Assembly: GCA_038205755.1 (NCBI GenBank)
Contig: JBBRBN010000002.1
Span: forward strand, 14,206 to 78,205
Source: Lysobacterales bacterium
GTDB lineage: Bacteria; Pseudomonadota; Gammaproteobacteria; Xanthomonadales; Xanthomonadaceae
Length of the DNA stretch: 64,000 bases
Direction: 5' to 3'
Shown here one piece after another: positions 38,735 to 48,676 of this stretch. Position numbers and translations under genes: made by a program. Within the stretch, counting starts at the first letter, position 1. Each line of letters begins with the position of its first letter. A model generated the notes under the pieces. The model did no database searches. It worked only from the letters and a program-made list of their open reading frames with translations, and had not been told where the DNA came from.

Positions 38735-40051
38735 CTACCTCGGCGGCTGCGCAGCTGCATCGCGGGGCGGTGGGGCGCTCTGCGCTGGCGTCGGCGGTCG
38801 ACCGTCGCCGCCGCCAGCCAGCACGATGCGGGCACCGCGCTGGTAGGTCCAATAGGCCCAGGTCCAGTTCAACAACACGGCCAGGCGATTGCGGAAGCCG
38901 ATCAGGAAGAACACGTGCGCGGTCAGCCAGAACCACCAGGCCAGCACGCCGCTGAGCTGCAGCCGGCCGAAGTGGACCACGGCAGCCATCCGGCCAATCG
39001 TGGCCAGATTGCCGAAGTCGCGGTAGCGGAACGCTGGGCTCGGTCGGCCGGCGAGCCGGTGGCGAATACTGGCCGCTACGTGTTTGCCCATCTGCTTCGC
39101 GGCGGGTGCGACGCCGGGCACTGGGCGGCCGTCCTGTTCGACGGCGGCCAGATCGCCGATCACGAACACCTCCGGGTGATCAACGAGCGACAGGCTGGCA
39201 TCGACCCGCACGCGACCCGCGCGATCACGCTCTGCCGGCAGCCAGTGGCCGAGCGGCGAGGCGGCGACGCCGGCCGCCCACAGCACGGTGCGCGCGTACT
39301 CGAAGCGCTCCTGGCAGCGGTAGCCGTCCGCGTTGATCTCGCTGACTGCGGCATTGGTTACCACGTCAACGCCGAGCCGCTGCAGTTGGCGGCAAGCGCT
39401 GTCAGACAGTGCCGCCGGAAAACTCCCAAGAATGCGCGGCGCCGCCTCGATCAGCCGCACTCGGGCACGGGTCGGATCGATCCGGCGAAATTCGCTGCGC
39501 AGGGTGTGGCGGGCAATCTCGGCCAGAGTGCCGGCCAGCTCGACGCCAGTCGGGCCGCCGCCGACGATGGCGAAGTGCAGCCAGGCGTCGCGCTCAGCGG
39601 GATCGTCACTCGCCTCGGCGCGCTCGAACGCGCACAGCAGCCGGCGTCGGATGTGCAGGGCATCGTCCAGTGTTTTCAGGCCGGGCGCATGGGCGGCCCA
39701 GTGGTCGTTGCCGAAGTAGGCATGGGTGGCGCCGCTGGCGACCACCAGGACGTCGTACGCAAGGCGCCCGCCATCGGCCAACAGCAGGCTGCGGCCCGCC
39801 ACATCGATAGTGGTGACGTCGGCAAGTCGCACGGTCACATTCGCCTGCCCGCGCAGAATGTGCCGCAGCGGTGCGGCGATGTCCGGCGCCGACAGGCCGG
39901 CCGTGGCCACCTGATAGAGCAGCGGCTGGAACAAGTGATGATTGCTGCGATCCACCAGCGTAATGCGGACCTTGGCCGACGCCAGACCGCGGGTGGTCCA
40001 CAGTCCGCCGAAGCCGCCGCCGATCACCACCACATGCGGTTGTGTGTGCAT
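38735..40051 (-). CDS. ndh: Type II NADH dehydrogenase (NDH-2), FAD/NAD(P)-binding oxidoreductase
   Basis: N-terminus HVVVIGGGFGGL, second Rossmann motif AIVGGGPTGVELAG and C-terminal membrane-anchoring helices. Confidence 0.85.
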   Translation of the reverse strand: MHTQPHVVVIGGGFGGLWTTRGLASAKVRITLVDRSNHHLFQPLLYQVATAGLSAPDIAAPLRHILRGQANVTVRLADVTTIDVAGRSLLLADGGRLAYDVLVVASGATHAYFGNDHWAAHAPGLKTLDDALHIRRRLLCAFERAEASDDPAERDAWLHFAIVGGGPTGVELAGTLAEIARHTLRSEFRRIDPTRARVRLIEAAPRILGSFPAALSDSACRQLQRLGVDVVTNAAVSEINADGYRCQERFEYARTVLWAAGVAASPLGHWLPAERDRAGRVRVDASLSLVDHPEVFVIGDLAAVEQDGRPVPGVAPAAKQMGKHVAASIRHRLAGRPSPAFRYRDFGNLATIGRMAAVVHFGRLQLSGVLAWWFWLTAHVFFLIGFRNRLAVLLNWTWAYWTYQRGARIVLAGGGDGRPPTPAQSAPPPRDAAAQPPR

Positions 40052-40163
40052 CCCTGTTGCCTCGTCTCGACTGCCAGTTTCGTCTGGGCGGGGTCATCCC
40101 GCCTGTGTCAGTGTAAGCAGCTCTGACGACGCGACGCGCGCCCGCCATGCCCACCGACCCATC

Positions 40164-40691
40164 ATGACCCGCGTCGCCAGTTGTCCATTGCCCGATGCAG
40201 CCCTGCTGCAGCGCTACGCGACCAGCGGCGGTTACACCGACTGTTACCGGGCGGCGCTGCCGGTCAGAGTGAGCCATGCGGCCTTTGTCGAGGCGTTCTA
40301 CTGCACGCCGCTGTTCAAGCTGGAGCGCCTGGTGCTGCGGCTGGCGGCACGCCGCCCCAGCTCGGATGAACAGGCGCGACAACTGGCGACCGGCGAGCGC
40401 GACAGCTTCGCCGCGTGGTCGGTGGAGGCGCGCGCGCCACAGCAGCTGCTGCTGTGCGATTTTCTGGGCCGCACGCGGTCCTGGCTGATGGTGGCGCCGG
40501 TCGACGCCAGGAACGAAAAATCGACCTGGCTGTACTTTGGCTCCGCGGTCGTGCCGGCTGTCAATTCGCGCGGCGGTCCGCCGCCGCTGGGCGCACCGTT
40601 CAGCGCCCTGCTCGGCGTCCATCGCCTGTACTCCCGCGCCCTGCTGGCCGCCGCTTGCCGCCGCCTGCTGGCCAACTCGCAAGTTTCATGA
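40164..40691 (+). CDS. Hypothetical protein (DUF2867-like?), 176 aa
   Basis: Start chosen at MTRVASCPL. The ORF-track N-terminus (39942) overlaps ndh antisense. The 3' end runs into a solo MITE TIR fragment. Confidence 0.45.
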   Translation: MTRVASCPLPDAALLQRYATSGGYTDCYRAALPVRVSHAAFVEAFYCTPLFKLERLVLRLAARRPSSDEQARQLATGERDSFAAWSVEARAPQQLLLCDFLGRTRSWLMVAPVDARNEKSTWLYFGSAVVPAVNSRGGPPPLGAPFSALLGVHRLYSRALLAAACRRLLANSQVS

Positions 40692-40702
40692 ACTCGCGCG
40701 AG
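40685..40702. repeat. Solo fragment of the MITE terminal inverted repeat (GTTTCATGAACTCGCGCG)
   Basis: Matches the 5' TIR of the MITE family. It is not followed by the core. Confidence 0.5.
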
Positions 40703-40815
40703 GAGCGCGAAGGATAGTGGGCTCTCGAGTGAATTTCCCCGCCAACCTCCCAAGTGCCACGTTCAGCTTGCTCACTTTGGGGTTGTTCTGGACTCGGAAA
40801 ACGCCCCTCAACCTT

Positions 40816-40978
40816 GCCCGCATGTTTCATGAATCTCGCGCGCCCTCGCTTGTCTCTTGTCCGCACAAGGGATTTTCCTCAGTCGGTCGTATGGCCCGCT
40901 ACGCCGCTCCTTCGGTAGTCCCTTGTGCGAACAACATCCTGCGCGATCATCGCGCGAATTCATGAAGCATGCGGGCTA
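40816..40978. mobile_element. MITE-like element copy 5
   Basis: Same TIRs and core. Confidence 0.8.
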
Positions 40979-41129
40979 GCAGCCTGTGGGACGTAGGTCG
41001 GCCGGCTGCCAGCGGCACCGATGCGGGCGCCGGAAAAGGGGGCCGAGGAAATCAATAACCTGACTGCAGCCCCTTTGCGCTGCCTACCGTCGCCGTGGCA
41101 CCCTGCCGCCACCGATCATCCTGAGGAGT

Positions 41130-41480
41130 TTGTACATGCCGAGAGCGACGCTCGTGTTCGCCGCGCTGCTGATCGCCTTGGGCGTCGGCGCGTTCCTCTG
41201 GTCCGGCAGCCGGACCGCGCTGCTGCCGGCCTACGCCGGCCTCGCGCTCGTGATCCTCGCTGGCCTCGCGCTCGCGTTCGAGGGCGGGCGGCGGCACCTG
41301 ATGCACTTCGCCGCCGTCGTTGCGCTGCTTGGCGCGCTGGCCCCGGCCGCGACGCTCGGCATCCGGGCGGCTCAGATGAGCCCGCTCGCGCTGATGGTCA
41401 ACATCGGCATGCTCGTGCTCTGCGGCGGGCTGCTCGCACTGATGGTGCGGTCCTTCGTTGCCGCGCGCCGAGCGGCCTGA
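41130..41480 (+). CDS. Small hydrophobic membrane protein (3-4 TM), hypothetical
   Basis: 116 aa, almost entirely Ala/Leu/Gly/Val TM segments. It is followed by a terminator. Confidence 0.45.
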   Translation: MYMPRATLVFAALLIALGVGAFLWSGSRTALLPAYAGLALVILAGLALAFEGGRRHLMHFAAVVALLGALAPAATLGIRAAQMSPLALMVNIGMLVLCGGLLALMVRSFVAARRAA

Positions 41481-41544
41481 CGCCGCGGCGCGCTTCTGGC
41501 GACCCATCGCATGGTCGGGGAAAAAGGCGGCGCCCGGAACAGGT

Positions 41545-41580
41545 GACGGCGGAAACCAACACCTTCCGCCGCCGTCTTTG
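41545..41580 (+). terminator. Rho-independent terminator GACGGCGGAA-ACCAACACC-TTCCGCCGCCGTC followed by TTTG
   Basis: Seen directly, 65 nt after the small membrane ORF. Confidence 0.55.
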
Positions 41581-41683
41581 CGCGCTGCGAACGGTCCTGG
41601 GGTCAGGGGCTTTGCGGTCAGGTGCAGCGGGACCTGATCAGGAGCGTGGTGAGAGAACCTGGTTCGATTCTGGAGCCTGATCG

Positions 41684-41908
41684 CCGCATGACGCCGCGTT
41701 TCATCAGACGGTCTTCCGGATCGAAGAACAGCGTGCGCGCCGGCACGCGCAGCACTTCGAACGGCTCGTCGGCCGCCTGCGCGTACTCGGGCGCCACCAG
41801 CGTCACCGCGTGGCCGCGTTCGTGCAGCCAGCGTGCAGCGGTGCGGATTGAGGTGGATACGCCGTTGACGCGCGGGAAATAGACGTCGCTCAGCATGAGG
41901 ATGTTCAT
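41684..41908 (-). pseudogene. N-terminal fragment (about 75 codons) of a GT4-family glycosyltransferase
   Basis: MNILMLSDVYFPRVNGVSTSIRTAARWLHERGHAVTLVAPEY is a canonical GT4 N-terminus. The frame then terminates and no remainder of the enzyme follows. Confidence 0.45.
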
Positions 41909-42127
41909 GCGCACGAGCATCGCCGCCAAAGATTGCGGCAGTGCGACGAGATTCGGAAAATCGGCGCGCGCATGAATGACAAGCTGGGCGCTCCCAGTTC
42001 AGCGAGCCGGAACGACGAGCAGCTCGTCGCGATGAGCCGCCGCGAACTCCGCAAACGTGATCGCTGCCCGGGACGCGGCCAGGCCGCAGAAAGCCTTTGC
42101 CGGCTGGCGCGGCAGTCAGGCCCGAGG

Positions 42128-42799
42128 TCAGCTCAGCAGATCGTAAGGACCGCCCTTTGCCAGCGCCCGCAGGTAGGCCGGGCGGGCGTGAATGGCATCC
42201 AGAAAGCGCTGCAGATTCGGCCGCTTCTTGAAGCCCATGCGGGCGCCTGCGGCTTCCACCGGAAAGCTCATCTGGACGTCGGCGGCGCTGAACGTGCGGC
42301 CGCCGAACCAGGGGGTCTCGGCCAGCTCCGATTCGAGGTAGTCAAAGTGCAGCTTGAGCTGCGGGTTGACGAAGCTGCTCAGCACTTTGTTGGCGATTCC
42401 GCGGGCGACCGGGCGGATGAAGAACGGCATCGGCGCGGTCTTCAGCTTGGAGAAGATCAGCGTCAGCAGCAGTGGCGGCATCGCCGAGCCTTCCGCGTAA
42501 TGCAGCCAGTAGTTGAAGCGCACCCGCGCCTTGGCGTCGGGTGCGGGAGAGCGCGTGCGCTCGGGATCGTAGTGGTCGACCAGGTATTCGACGATCGCGC
42601 CGGACTCCGCCAGCACCAGGCCATCAACCTCGACCAGCGGCGACTTGCCCAGCGGGTGCAGCTTCTTCAGCGCCGGCGGCGCCAGCATGCTTACCGGGTC
42701 GCGCTCGTAGCGGATCACCTCGTACTCCAGCCCGAGCTCCTCCAACAGCCACAGGATGCGCTGCGAGCGCGAATTGTTCAGATGGTGGACTCGGATCAT
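42128..42799 (-). CDS. Glutathione S-transferase
   Basis: 224 aa from MIRVHHL. The thioredoxin-like N-domain with SRSQRILWLLEELGLEY and a helical C-domain are present. The upstream extension in the ORF track is MITE-derived. Confidence 0.85.
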   Translation of the reverse strand: MIRVHHLNNSRSQRILWLLEELGLEYEVIRYERDPVSMLAPPALKKLHPLGKSPLVEVDGLVLAESGAIVEYLVDHYDPERTRSPAPDAKARVRFNYWLHYAEGSAMPPLLLTLIFSKLKTAPMPFFIRPVARGIANKVLSSFVNPQLKLHFDYLESELAETPWFGGRTFSAADVQMSFPVEAAGARMGFKKRPNLQRFLDAIHARPAYLRALAKGGPYDLLS

Positions 42800-42863
42800 G
42801 TCGAAGCTCGATAAGGAGTGGGATGCAGCATGATGGGGCGCGCGGCGCGGCGCGGCCATCCCG

Positions 42864-43019
42864 CCCGCACATTTCATGAATCTCACGCGCCCTCGTTTGT
42901 CGCTTGTCCGCACCGGAGACTGTCCTCAGTCGGTCGTATGGCCCGATACGGCGCTCCTTCGGAAAATCTCCCGTGCGAACTACACCCTGCGCGGTCATCG
43001 CGCGAATTCATGAAACATG
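42864..43019. mobile_element. MITE-like element copy 6 (most diverged copy)
   Basis: Same TIRs and core, with several substitutions. Confidence 0.75.
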
Positions 43020-43048
43020 CGGACTAGAATGCGCGTCCACTCACTCTG

Positions 43049-44131
43049 GTGCATCCCCACGTGTCCGCCGATCCCGCACTTGAAACCCTGTTGCTGCCGA
43101 TTTCCGAGCGGCGGCTGCGCTGGCCGACGGAGGGTGGTGCGCTGTTCCTGCGGGCACGAGATGGCTGGCCGCTGCACCGCCAGCCCTTGCCAGGGCTGCG
43201 CTGCGAGCAGCCGTTCAAGCCGGAGGTCGATGCGCTGCTGCGCTCCGGCATCGAGGTCGCAGCCAGCGTCGAGGCCGATGCGCGCTTTCCGCTGATCCTG
43301 CTGCTGCCGCCGCGGCAGCGCGATGAGGCGCGGGCGCTGTACGCGCAGGCGCTGGCGCGGCTGAGTCCCGGCGGCGTGCTGCTGGCCTGCCAGTCCAATG
43401 ATGAGGGCGCCCGATCCAGCGAAGCCGATCTGACCCGGCTGGCCGGGCCGCTGATGGTCCTGTGCAAGCACAAGTGCCGGGTGTTCTGGACCCGGCCGGG
43501 GTCACCGGCAGATGTCGACCTGCTGGAGCAATGGCGCACGCTGGATGCGCCGCGACCAATCATGGATGGCCGCTTTGTCAGTCGCCCGGGCGTATTCGCC
43601 TGGGACCGCGCGGATGCGGCGTCGAACCTGCTGGCTGAGCATCTGCCGACCGACCTTTGCGGGCGGGCTGCCGATCTGGGGGCGGGTTACGGGTACCTGT
43701 CCTCCGAGCTGCTGCGGCGCTGTCCCGGCGTTACCTCGCTGGATGCGTTTGAGGCTGACGCGCGAGCGCTGGCGTTGGCCGAGCGAAACCTGGCCGGCTT
43801 CGCGTCGCACGCCACGTTGGGCTTTCATTGGCACGATGTGACCTGCGGGTTGGCGCAGCGCTACCACGTCATCGTCAGCAATCCGCCGTTCCACGCGCAG
43901 CAAGGTGAGGCGCGTCCCGACATCGGACGCCGCTTCATCAGTGCGGCCGCCGATGCGCTGCTGCCGGGCGGTCGGCTGTTTCTGGTCGCCAACCGCCATT
44001 TGCCCTATGAGGCGGTGCTGGACAGCGGCTTTGCCGAGGCCAGGGCGCTGACTCAGCAGCACGGCTTCAAGGTGATCGAGGCGATCAAGTCGGCTGCCGC
44101 GCCAAAGCCCGCCGCGCCGGCGCGGCGATGA
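43049..44131 (+). CDS. Class I SAM-dependent rRNA (guanine-N2) methyltransferase, RsmC/RsmD-like
   Basis: NPPFH catalytic motif and SAM motif I DLGAGYGYLS. Confidence 0.7.
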   Translation: MHPHVSADPALETLLLPISERRLRWPTEGGALFLRARDGWPLHRQPLPGLRCEQPFKPEVDALLRSGIEVAASVEADARFPLILLLPPRQRDEARALYAQALARLSPGGVLLACQSNDEGARSSEADLTRLAGPLMVLCKHKCRVFWTRPGSPADVDLLEQWRTLDAPRPIMDGRFVSRPGVFAWDRADAASNLLAEHLPTDLCGRAADLGAGYGYLSSELLRRCPGVTSLDAFEADARALALAERNLAGFASHATLGFHWHDVTCGLAQRYHVIVSNPPFHAQQGEARPDIGRRFISAAADALLPGGRLFLVANRHLPYEAVLDSGFAEARALTQQHGFKVIEAIKSAAAPKPAAPARR

Positions 44132-44889
44132 AGCTGCTCAAGCGGATTGCCAATCTGGGCTATGGCAGCCGTTCACAGGTGTCGGCGCTGTTCCGACACG
44201 GGTTGATCACCGACGCTGTTGGCGATGTGCTGTATGCCGACGATGTGATCGACCCGGCGCAGGTGCGCGTCGAAGGCGAGCCGCTCGACCCGCCGCCCGG
44301 ACTGTTGCTCATGCTGAACAAGCCGGCCGGCTTTACCTGTTCGCACAAGGATCACGGACGGCTGATCTACGACCTGCTGCCGCCGCGCTATCGGCTGCGC
44401 AACCCCGCGCTGTCGAGCGTCGGTCGACTGGATCGCGACACCAGTGGGTTGCTGCTGCTGACCGACGACGGCCAGCTGCTGCACCGGATCGTTGCGCCGC
44501 GGTCGAAGCTGTCGAAGGTTTACGAGGTCACCCTGGCCGCCGACCTGCGCGGCGATGAGGCGGCGCTGTTCGCCAGCGGCAGCCTGCTGCTGGAGTCGGA
44601 ACAAACGCCGCTGCTGCCGGCCGAGCTGGAGGTGGTTGGTCCTCGGCAAGTCAGACTGACCCTTCACGAGGGACGCTATCACCAGGTGCGGCGGATGTTT
44701 GCCGCAGTTGGCAACCACGTCGAAGCGCTGCATCGCAGCTGCATGGGCGGTCTGGACCTGGGTACGCTGGCGGTCGGCGAGTGGCGCTTCTGTGGTGAGG
44801 CAGCGAAGGCCAGGCTGTTCGGGCGGGGCGATCAATTGGCGTCAGGCGCCGAGTCAGCCCAGCCGGGTGGGGAAGTCAGCGCCTCGTGA
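44128..44889 (+). CDS. rsuA: 16S rRNA pseudouridine synthase (RsuA family)
   Basis: Catalytic Asp motif GRLDRDTSGLLLLTDDG and the S4-like N-terminus. Start overlaps the upstream stop in an ATGA junction. Confidence 0.8.
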   Translation: MKLLKRIANLGYGSRSQVSALFRHGLITDAVGDVLYADDVIDPAQVRVEGEPLDPPPGLLLMLNKPAGFTCSHKDHGRLIYDLLPPRYRLRNPALSSVGRLDRDTSGLLLLTDDGQLLHRIVAPRSKLSKVYEVTLAADLRGDEAALFASGSLLLESEQTPLLPAELEVVGPRQVRLTLHEGRYHQVRRMFAAVGNHVEALHRSCMGGLDLGTLAVGEWRFCGEAAKARLFGRGDQLASGAESAQPGGEVSAS

Positions 44890-44926
44890 TGCACGACCCG
44901 CCGCGCCGCGTGTCCCGCCCGCGCGC

Positions 44927-45565
44927 TCAGGGCTCGGCGCGGTAGTGCTCCTCGAGCACCCGGAGGTGTGCGCCGCGCGCCGGATCGTCGCACTGGATAT
45001 TGGTGACGCCGTACCAGGTTGCGCGCAGCGCGCTGCGGTTGGCGAGCGTCAGGCCTTTACCCTGCAGACGCTGCAGCGTGTCTCCCGAGGCCGGGTCATG
45101 CAGTGAAGCATTGAGGCTGCAGCTGGCCTGCGGATAGCAGCGCACGCTGACCCGCAGTTCCAACACCGGAGCGCGATCAAGCACGGATCGGGGCAAGGCG
45201 ACGCAGAACGGCAGGCGCGACGCATAGGGATCGCCCCAACCGAACTGCTCGATGGCGAACTCGATCTGGCTGTCGTCGGGGTCGGCCGGGCACAGCGGGT
45301 GCACCCCGGGGTTGAACGTGTCGATGGCCACGCCAATGCCGCCGCCTAGCCCGTGCGGCAGGGCGAAGCTGCCGTCTTCAGCAAACGCCTGTGCGCCGGC
45401 CAGCAGCGCGACAGCCACGTGCTCGGAGCTGTCGCGAAGCAGTGACTCGGCAGCGATCTCCACCCGAACGCGCTGCTCTTCCCACTGCAACGGCGGCGTC
45501 GGACGCTGGGCGGCAGAGCTCATCTGAGAGTCACCGCACTCGAAGGGCTCGCACGGCGCAAACAT
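44927..45565 (-). CDS. Hypothetical protein, no recognisable family by eye (start possibly at 45523)
   Basis: 212-aa ORF with normal composition. Confidence 0.45.
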   Translation of the reverse strand: MFAPCEPFECGDSQMSSAAQRPTPPLQWEEQRVRVEIAAESLLRDSSEHVAVALLAGAQAFAEDGSFALPHGLGGGIGVAIDTFNPGVHPLCPADPDDSQIEFAIEQFGWGDPYASRLPFCVALPRSVLDRAPVLELRVSVRCYPQASCSLNASLHDPASGDTLQRLQGKGLTLANRSALRATWYGVTNIQCDDPARGAHLRVLEEHYRAEP

Positions 45566-45752
45566 CGAAAAGCGCTGGGCGTGGGCTGGCGGTGTCCGCC
45601 AGAGCGCACGCGAACACGGCAGTCAACGGCAGGCAGAGTCAGGTCCTGAAAGGTGGTGCGGGCCATGGAGCCAGCGGAACAGCAGGCCGTGCCGGTTCGG
45701 ATCGCCTGAGGGCACGGGAGTTCCCCCGGCGACGTGGCGCCGACTGCCTGTT

Positions 45753-46001
45753 TCAGGTGCCCGCAAACCCGAGCTTGCCACTGAGTTCCGCCAGCCGCGC
45801 CTTCATCGCGGCGTCGACTTCGTCGGGCTGGATCTTCTGGATGATTGATCGCAGCACCCGCACCTCGTTGGCGTCGAACTTGCCATCGCGCTCGGCAATC
45901 GCGATCAGCTTGCCGAGTTCGTCGGCATCGAGCCGGCCATCGTTGGCGAAACAGTTGATCGACTTGAAGGACAGCTCAAGATAGTCGCGGCTCTCGCTCA
46001 T
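45753..46001 (-). CDS. Small hypothetical protein (82 aa), acidic and helical
   Basis: ORF with non-low-complexity sequence. No motif recognised. Confidence 0.35.
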   Translation of the reverse strand: MSESRDYLELSFKSINCFANDGRLDADELGKLIAIAERDGKFDANEVRVLRSIIQKIQPDEVDAAMKARLAELSGKLGFAGT

Positions 46002-46011
46002 TTCCTACGTC

Positions 46012-47748
46012 CTATGGTTGTCTTGCGGGTTGGCGGGAATCGGCGCTGGCGTCGCGGGCAGCCTTGAAGGCGTTGCCCTCATACCAGTTGGGCCACTGGT
46101 TGCCGCTGGCCAGCTGATTGCCGAGCTGGTACACCGCCAGCAGGTCTTCGACCAAGCCGCTCATGTCCCAGGACGGATCGAACGCGTCGCCTGGCTGGTG
46201 GTAGCGCGAGCGGATGTACTCGGCCTGTGCCTCGATGCCGTAGGTTTCGCCCTTCTCGAAGTGATCGGCGCCGCCCTTCGCATACAGCGCCGGCACGCCG
46301 GCCTTGGCGAAGTTGAAATGGTCGGAGCGGAAGAAGAAGCCCTTCTCGGGCGCCGATTCCGGCCGCAGAATGCGGCTCTGGCGCTCGGCGATCGGCCGCA
46401 GAATGTCTTCCAGCTCGGAGTTGCCAAAGCCGATCACGGTCAGGTCGCGGGTGCGGCCAATCACGGGCAGCGCATCCAGGTTGACGACTGCCACGGTCTT
46501 ATCCAGCGCGATGCTGGGGTGCGCCACGTAGTACTTGGACCCGAGCAGGCCGGACTCCTCCAGCGTCACGGCGACAAACAGCACTGAACGCTCCGGCGGC
46601 GTTTCGCGCGTCACGAAGCGTTCGGCGATCTCCAGCACGCCGGCCACCCCGGTGGCATTGTCGACCGCGCCATTGAAGATGGTGTCGCCCTCCAGCGTGG
46701 GGTCGATGCCCAGATGGTCCCAGTGGGCCACGTAGATCACCGCCTCGTCGGGCCGCGCGCTGCCCGGCAGCAAACCCAGCACGTTGCGGGATTCGCCCCG
46801 GCTGATTTCACTCTTCACGGTGACGCTCATGCTGGTTGCCAGCGGCACTGGCGCGAAGCCAGGCGTGCTGGCTGCCTTGCGCAGCTCCGCAAAATCCAGC
46901 CCGGCGCGCTCGAACAGCGCGCTGGCGGCCTCAGCGGTCAGCCAGCCCTGGACGGGCAGGCGGGGTGACGGGTCCTCACTGGCGGGCAGATCGAACTGCG
47001 CTCCGCTCCAGCCGTTGGCGATCACTTCCCAACCGTAGCCGGCGCCTTCGGTATCGTGAATGATCAGCGCCGCCGCAGCGCCCTGCCGGGCTGCCTCTTC
47101 GTACTTGTACGTCCAGCGGCCGTAGTAGGTCATCCGCTTGCCGAGGAACAGGTTCTCATCACCGACGTGGAAGCCGGGATCGTTGACCAGGATCACGACC
47201 GTTTTGCCGCGGACGTCCACGCTGTAGTCGTTCCAGTTCGACTCCGGGGAATTCACGCCATAGCCGACGAACAGCAGCTCGCTGTTTTCGATGTTGACCT
47301 CCGCCTGGCCGGTCGAGGTGCCGATCACCATGTCGCGCCCGACGCCCAGCGTCTGACTCCCCTGGGCGTCGCGCAGCGTCAGCTCGGTGGTTGGATCAAT
47401 ACGGGTCTGGACCATCGGCACGGTCTGCGTGTAGCTGTCGCCGTTGCCAGGCTGCAGGCCCAGGCGCTTGAACTGGCTGACGATGTATTCGACCGTCAGC
47501 TGCTCGCCAACGCCGCCCGGCGCGCGGCCTTCGAACGCATCCGAGGCGAGCACCTGGACGTGTTGGGCGATGTCTTCGGCCGAGATATCCGGCCCGAAGG
47601 TGTAGTCGGCGGCGGCCGTTGGGGCGCTGGTTGCAGCAGCCGGCGCCGCCGATTCGGCGACCGGCGGCGTGTCGGGCTGGCACCCGGCCAGCAGCGTGAC
47701 GAGCAGTGCCGCTGCGGTGCGGGCGAGGAGGGTGCGGGTTGCATGCAT
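46012..47748 (-). CDS. M28-family zinc aminopeptidase with PA domain, lipoprotein
   Basis: Start MHATRTLLA...LLAGC (lipobox). Zn-ligand regions HWDHLG, NGAVDNATG and TLEESGLLGS. Confidence 0.8.
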   Translation of the reverse strand: MHATRTLLARTAAALLVTLLAGCQPDTPPVAESAAPAAATSAPTAAADYTFGPDISAEDIAQHVQVLASDAFEGRAPGGVGEQLTVEYIVSQFKRLGLQPGNGDSYTQTVPMVQTRIDPTTELTLRDAQGSQTLGVGRDMVIGTSTGQAEVNIENSELLFVGYGVNSPESNWNDYSVDVRGKTVVILVNDPGFHVGDENLFLGKRMTYYGRWTYKYEEAARQGAAAALIIHDTEGAGYGWEVIANGWSGAQFDLPASEDPSPRLPVQGWLTAEAASALFERAGLDFAELRKAASTPGFAPVPLATSMSVTVKSEISRGESRNVLGLLPGSARPDEAVIYVAHWDHLGIDPTLEGDTIFNGAVDNATGVAGVLEIAERFVTRETPPERSVLFVAVTLEESGLLGSKYYVAHPSIALDKTVAVVNLDALPVIGRTRDLTVIGFGNSELEDILRPIAERQSRILRPESAPEKGFFFRSDHFNFAKAGVPALYAKGGADHFEKGETYGIEAQAEYIRSRYHQPGDAFDPSWDMSGLVEDLLAVYQLGNQLASGNQWPNWYEGNAFKAARDASADSRQPARQP

Positions 47749-47893
47749 GTCGAATCGGATCCAGCGGTCGAACCCCTGATTGTAGCCACCCGCCGCCCAC
47801 CGCGTCGCGGCGGCCGCACGACAGTGCGGCTTGACGTCGTTCCGGGGATCGGCAGACCGCGTCGTTGGGGTCTGCCGACAGCGACCTGACCGA

Positions 47894-48568
47894 TCAGTTG
47901 CTGCGCTCGATCTCGAGCGGTTGCGCCTTGGCTCCGCGGACGGCGCCGATCTTTGCGCTGGGGTCAACCCGCAGGTCGACCTCGCGCTCAAACACCAGCT
48001 CACCTTCAACCACGCTGTTGGCGCCAATCACGACCCGCGGCACGCGCGGCGTTGAGCTGTTGAACCACCCGGTGGACGGCTTCTGAACCAGAATGCCGCC
48101 ACGGACATGACTGCCGTTGAGTATGTCGATGTCGCCGTTGACCGTCTCGATGCCGCGCCCGACCTGCGCCGCGTCGAGCCGGATGCTGCCGTTGACGGTG
48201 CTCACCTGGCCGCCAACTGAACTGCCGGCATCCAGCGAGATCGCGCCGTTGACGGTCTCGGCGTCGCCATCGATGCGTGCGGACCGACCGGCGCTGATGC
48301 CGCCATTGACGGTTTCGGCATCGCCAAGCTGCGCACGCTCGCCAATGGCGATGCTGCCGTTCACGGTTTCGGCGCTGCCCGCAACCACGTCAGGGGCGAC
48401 GTTGATGCTGCCGTTGACGGTCTCGAGGTCGCCATACTCGACGCCCGCTTCGGTTCGGATTGCGCCGTTGACCTTGTCGATATCCACCGGGGCAGCGGCC
48501 GACGGCAGCGGCTGCAGGGCGCCAACGACAAGGACGGCGGCAATGGCGAAAGAGCGGATGGGTGACAT
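47894..48568 (-). CDS. Secreted repeat protein with about 9 iterations of ETVNG(S/A/G)I, beta-helix-like (DUF4097/GIN-domain-like)
   Basis: Signal peptide MSPIRSFAIAAVLVVGALQPLPSAAAP. The ORF-track N-terminal extension is MITE-derived and is rejected. Confidence 0.6.
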   Translation of the reverse strand: MSPIRSFAIAAVLVVGALQPLPSAAAPVDIDKVNGAIRTEAGVEYGDLETVNGSINVAPDVVAGSAETVNGSIAIGERAQLGDAETVNGGISAGRSARIDGDAETVNGAISLDAGSSVGGQVSTVNGSIRLDAAQVGRGIETVNGDIDILNGSHVRGGILVQKPSTGWFNSSTPRVPRVVIGANSVVEGELVFEREVDLRVDPSAKIGAVRGAKAQPLEIERSN

Positions 48569-48676
48569 GGGGTTCTCCAGGTGGGCGAAAGAAGATGATC
48601 GGAAGCTTGGATGCGCGGTCGCGGCAAAGGGTTTAACCCGCTGGACAGCCGCAGCGCATGCGCTGGCAGGGGCTAA

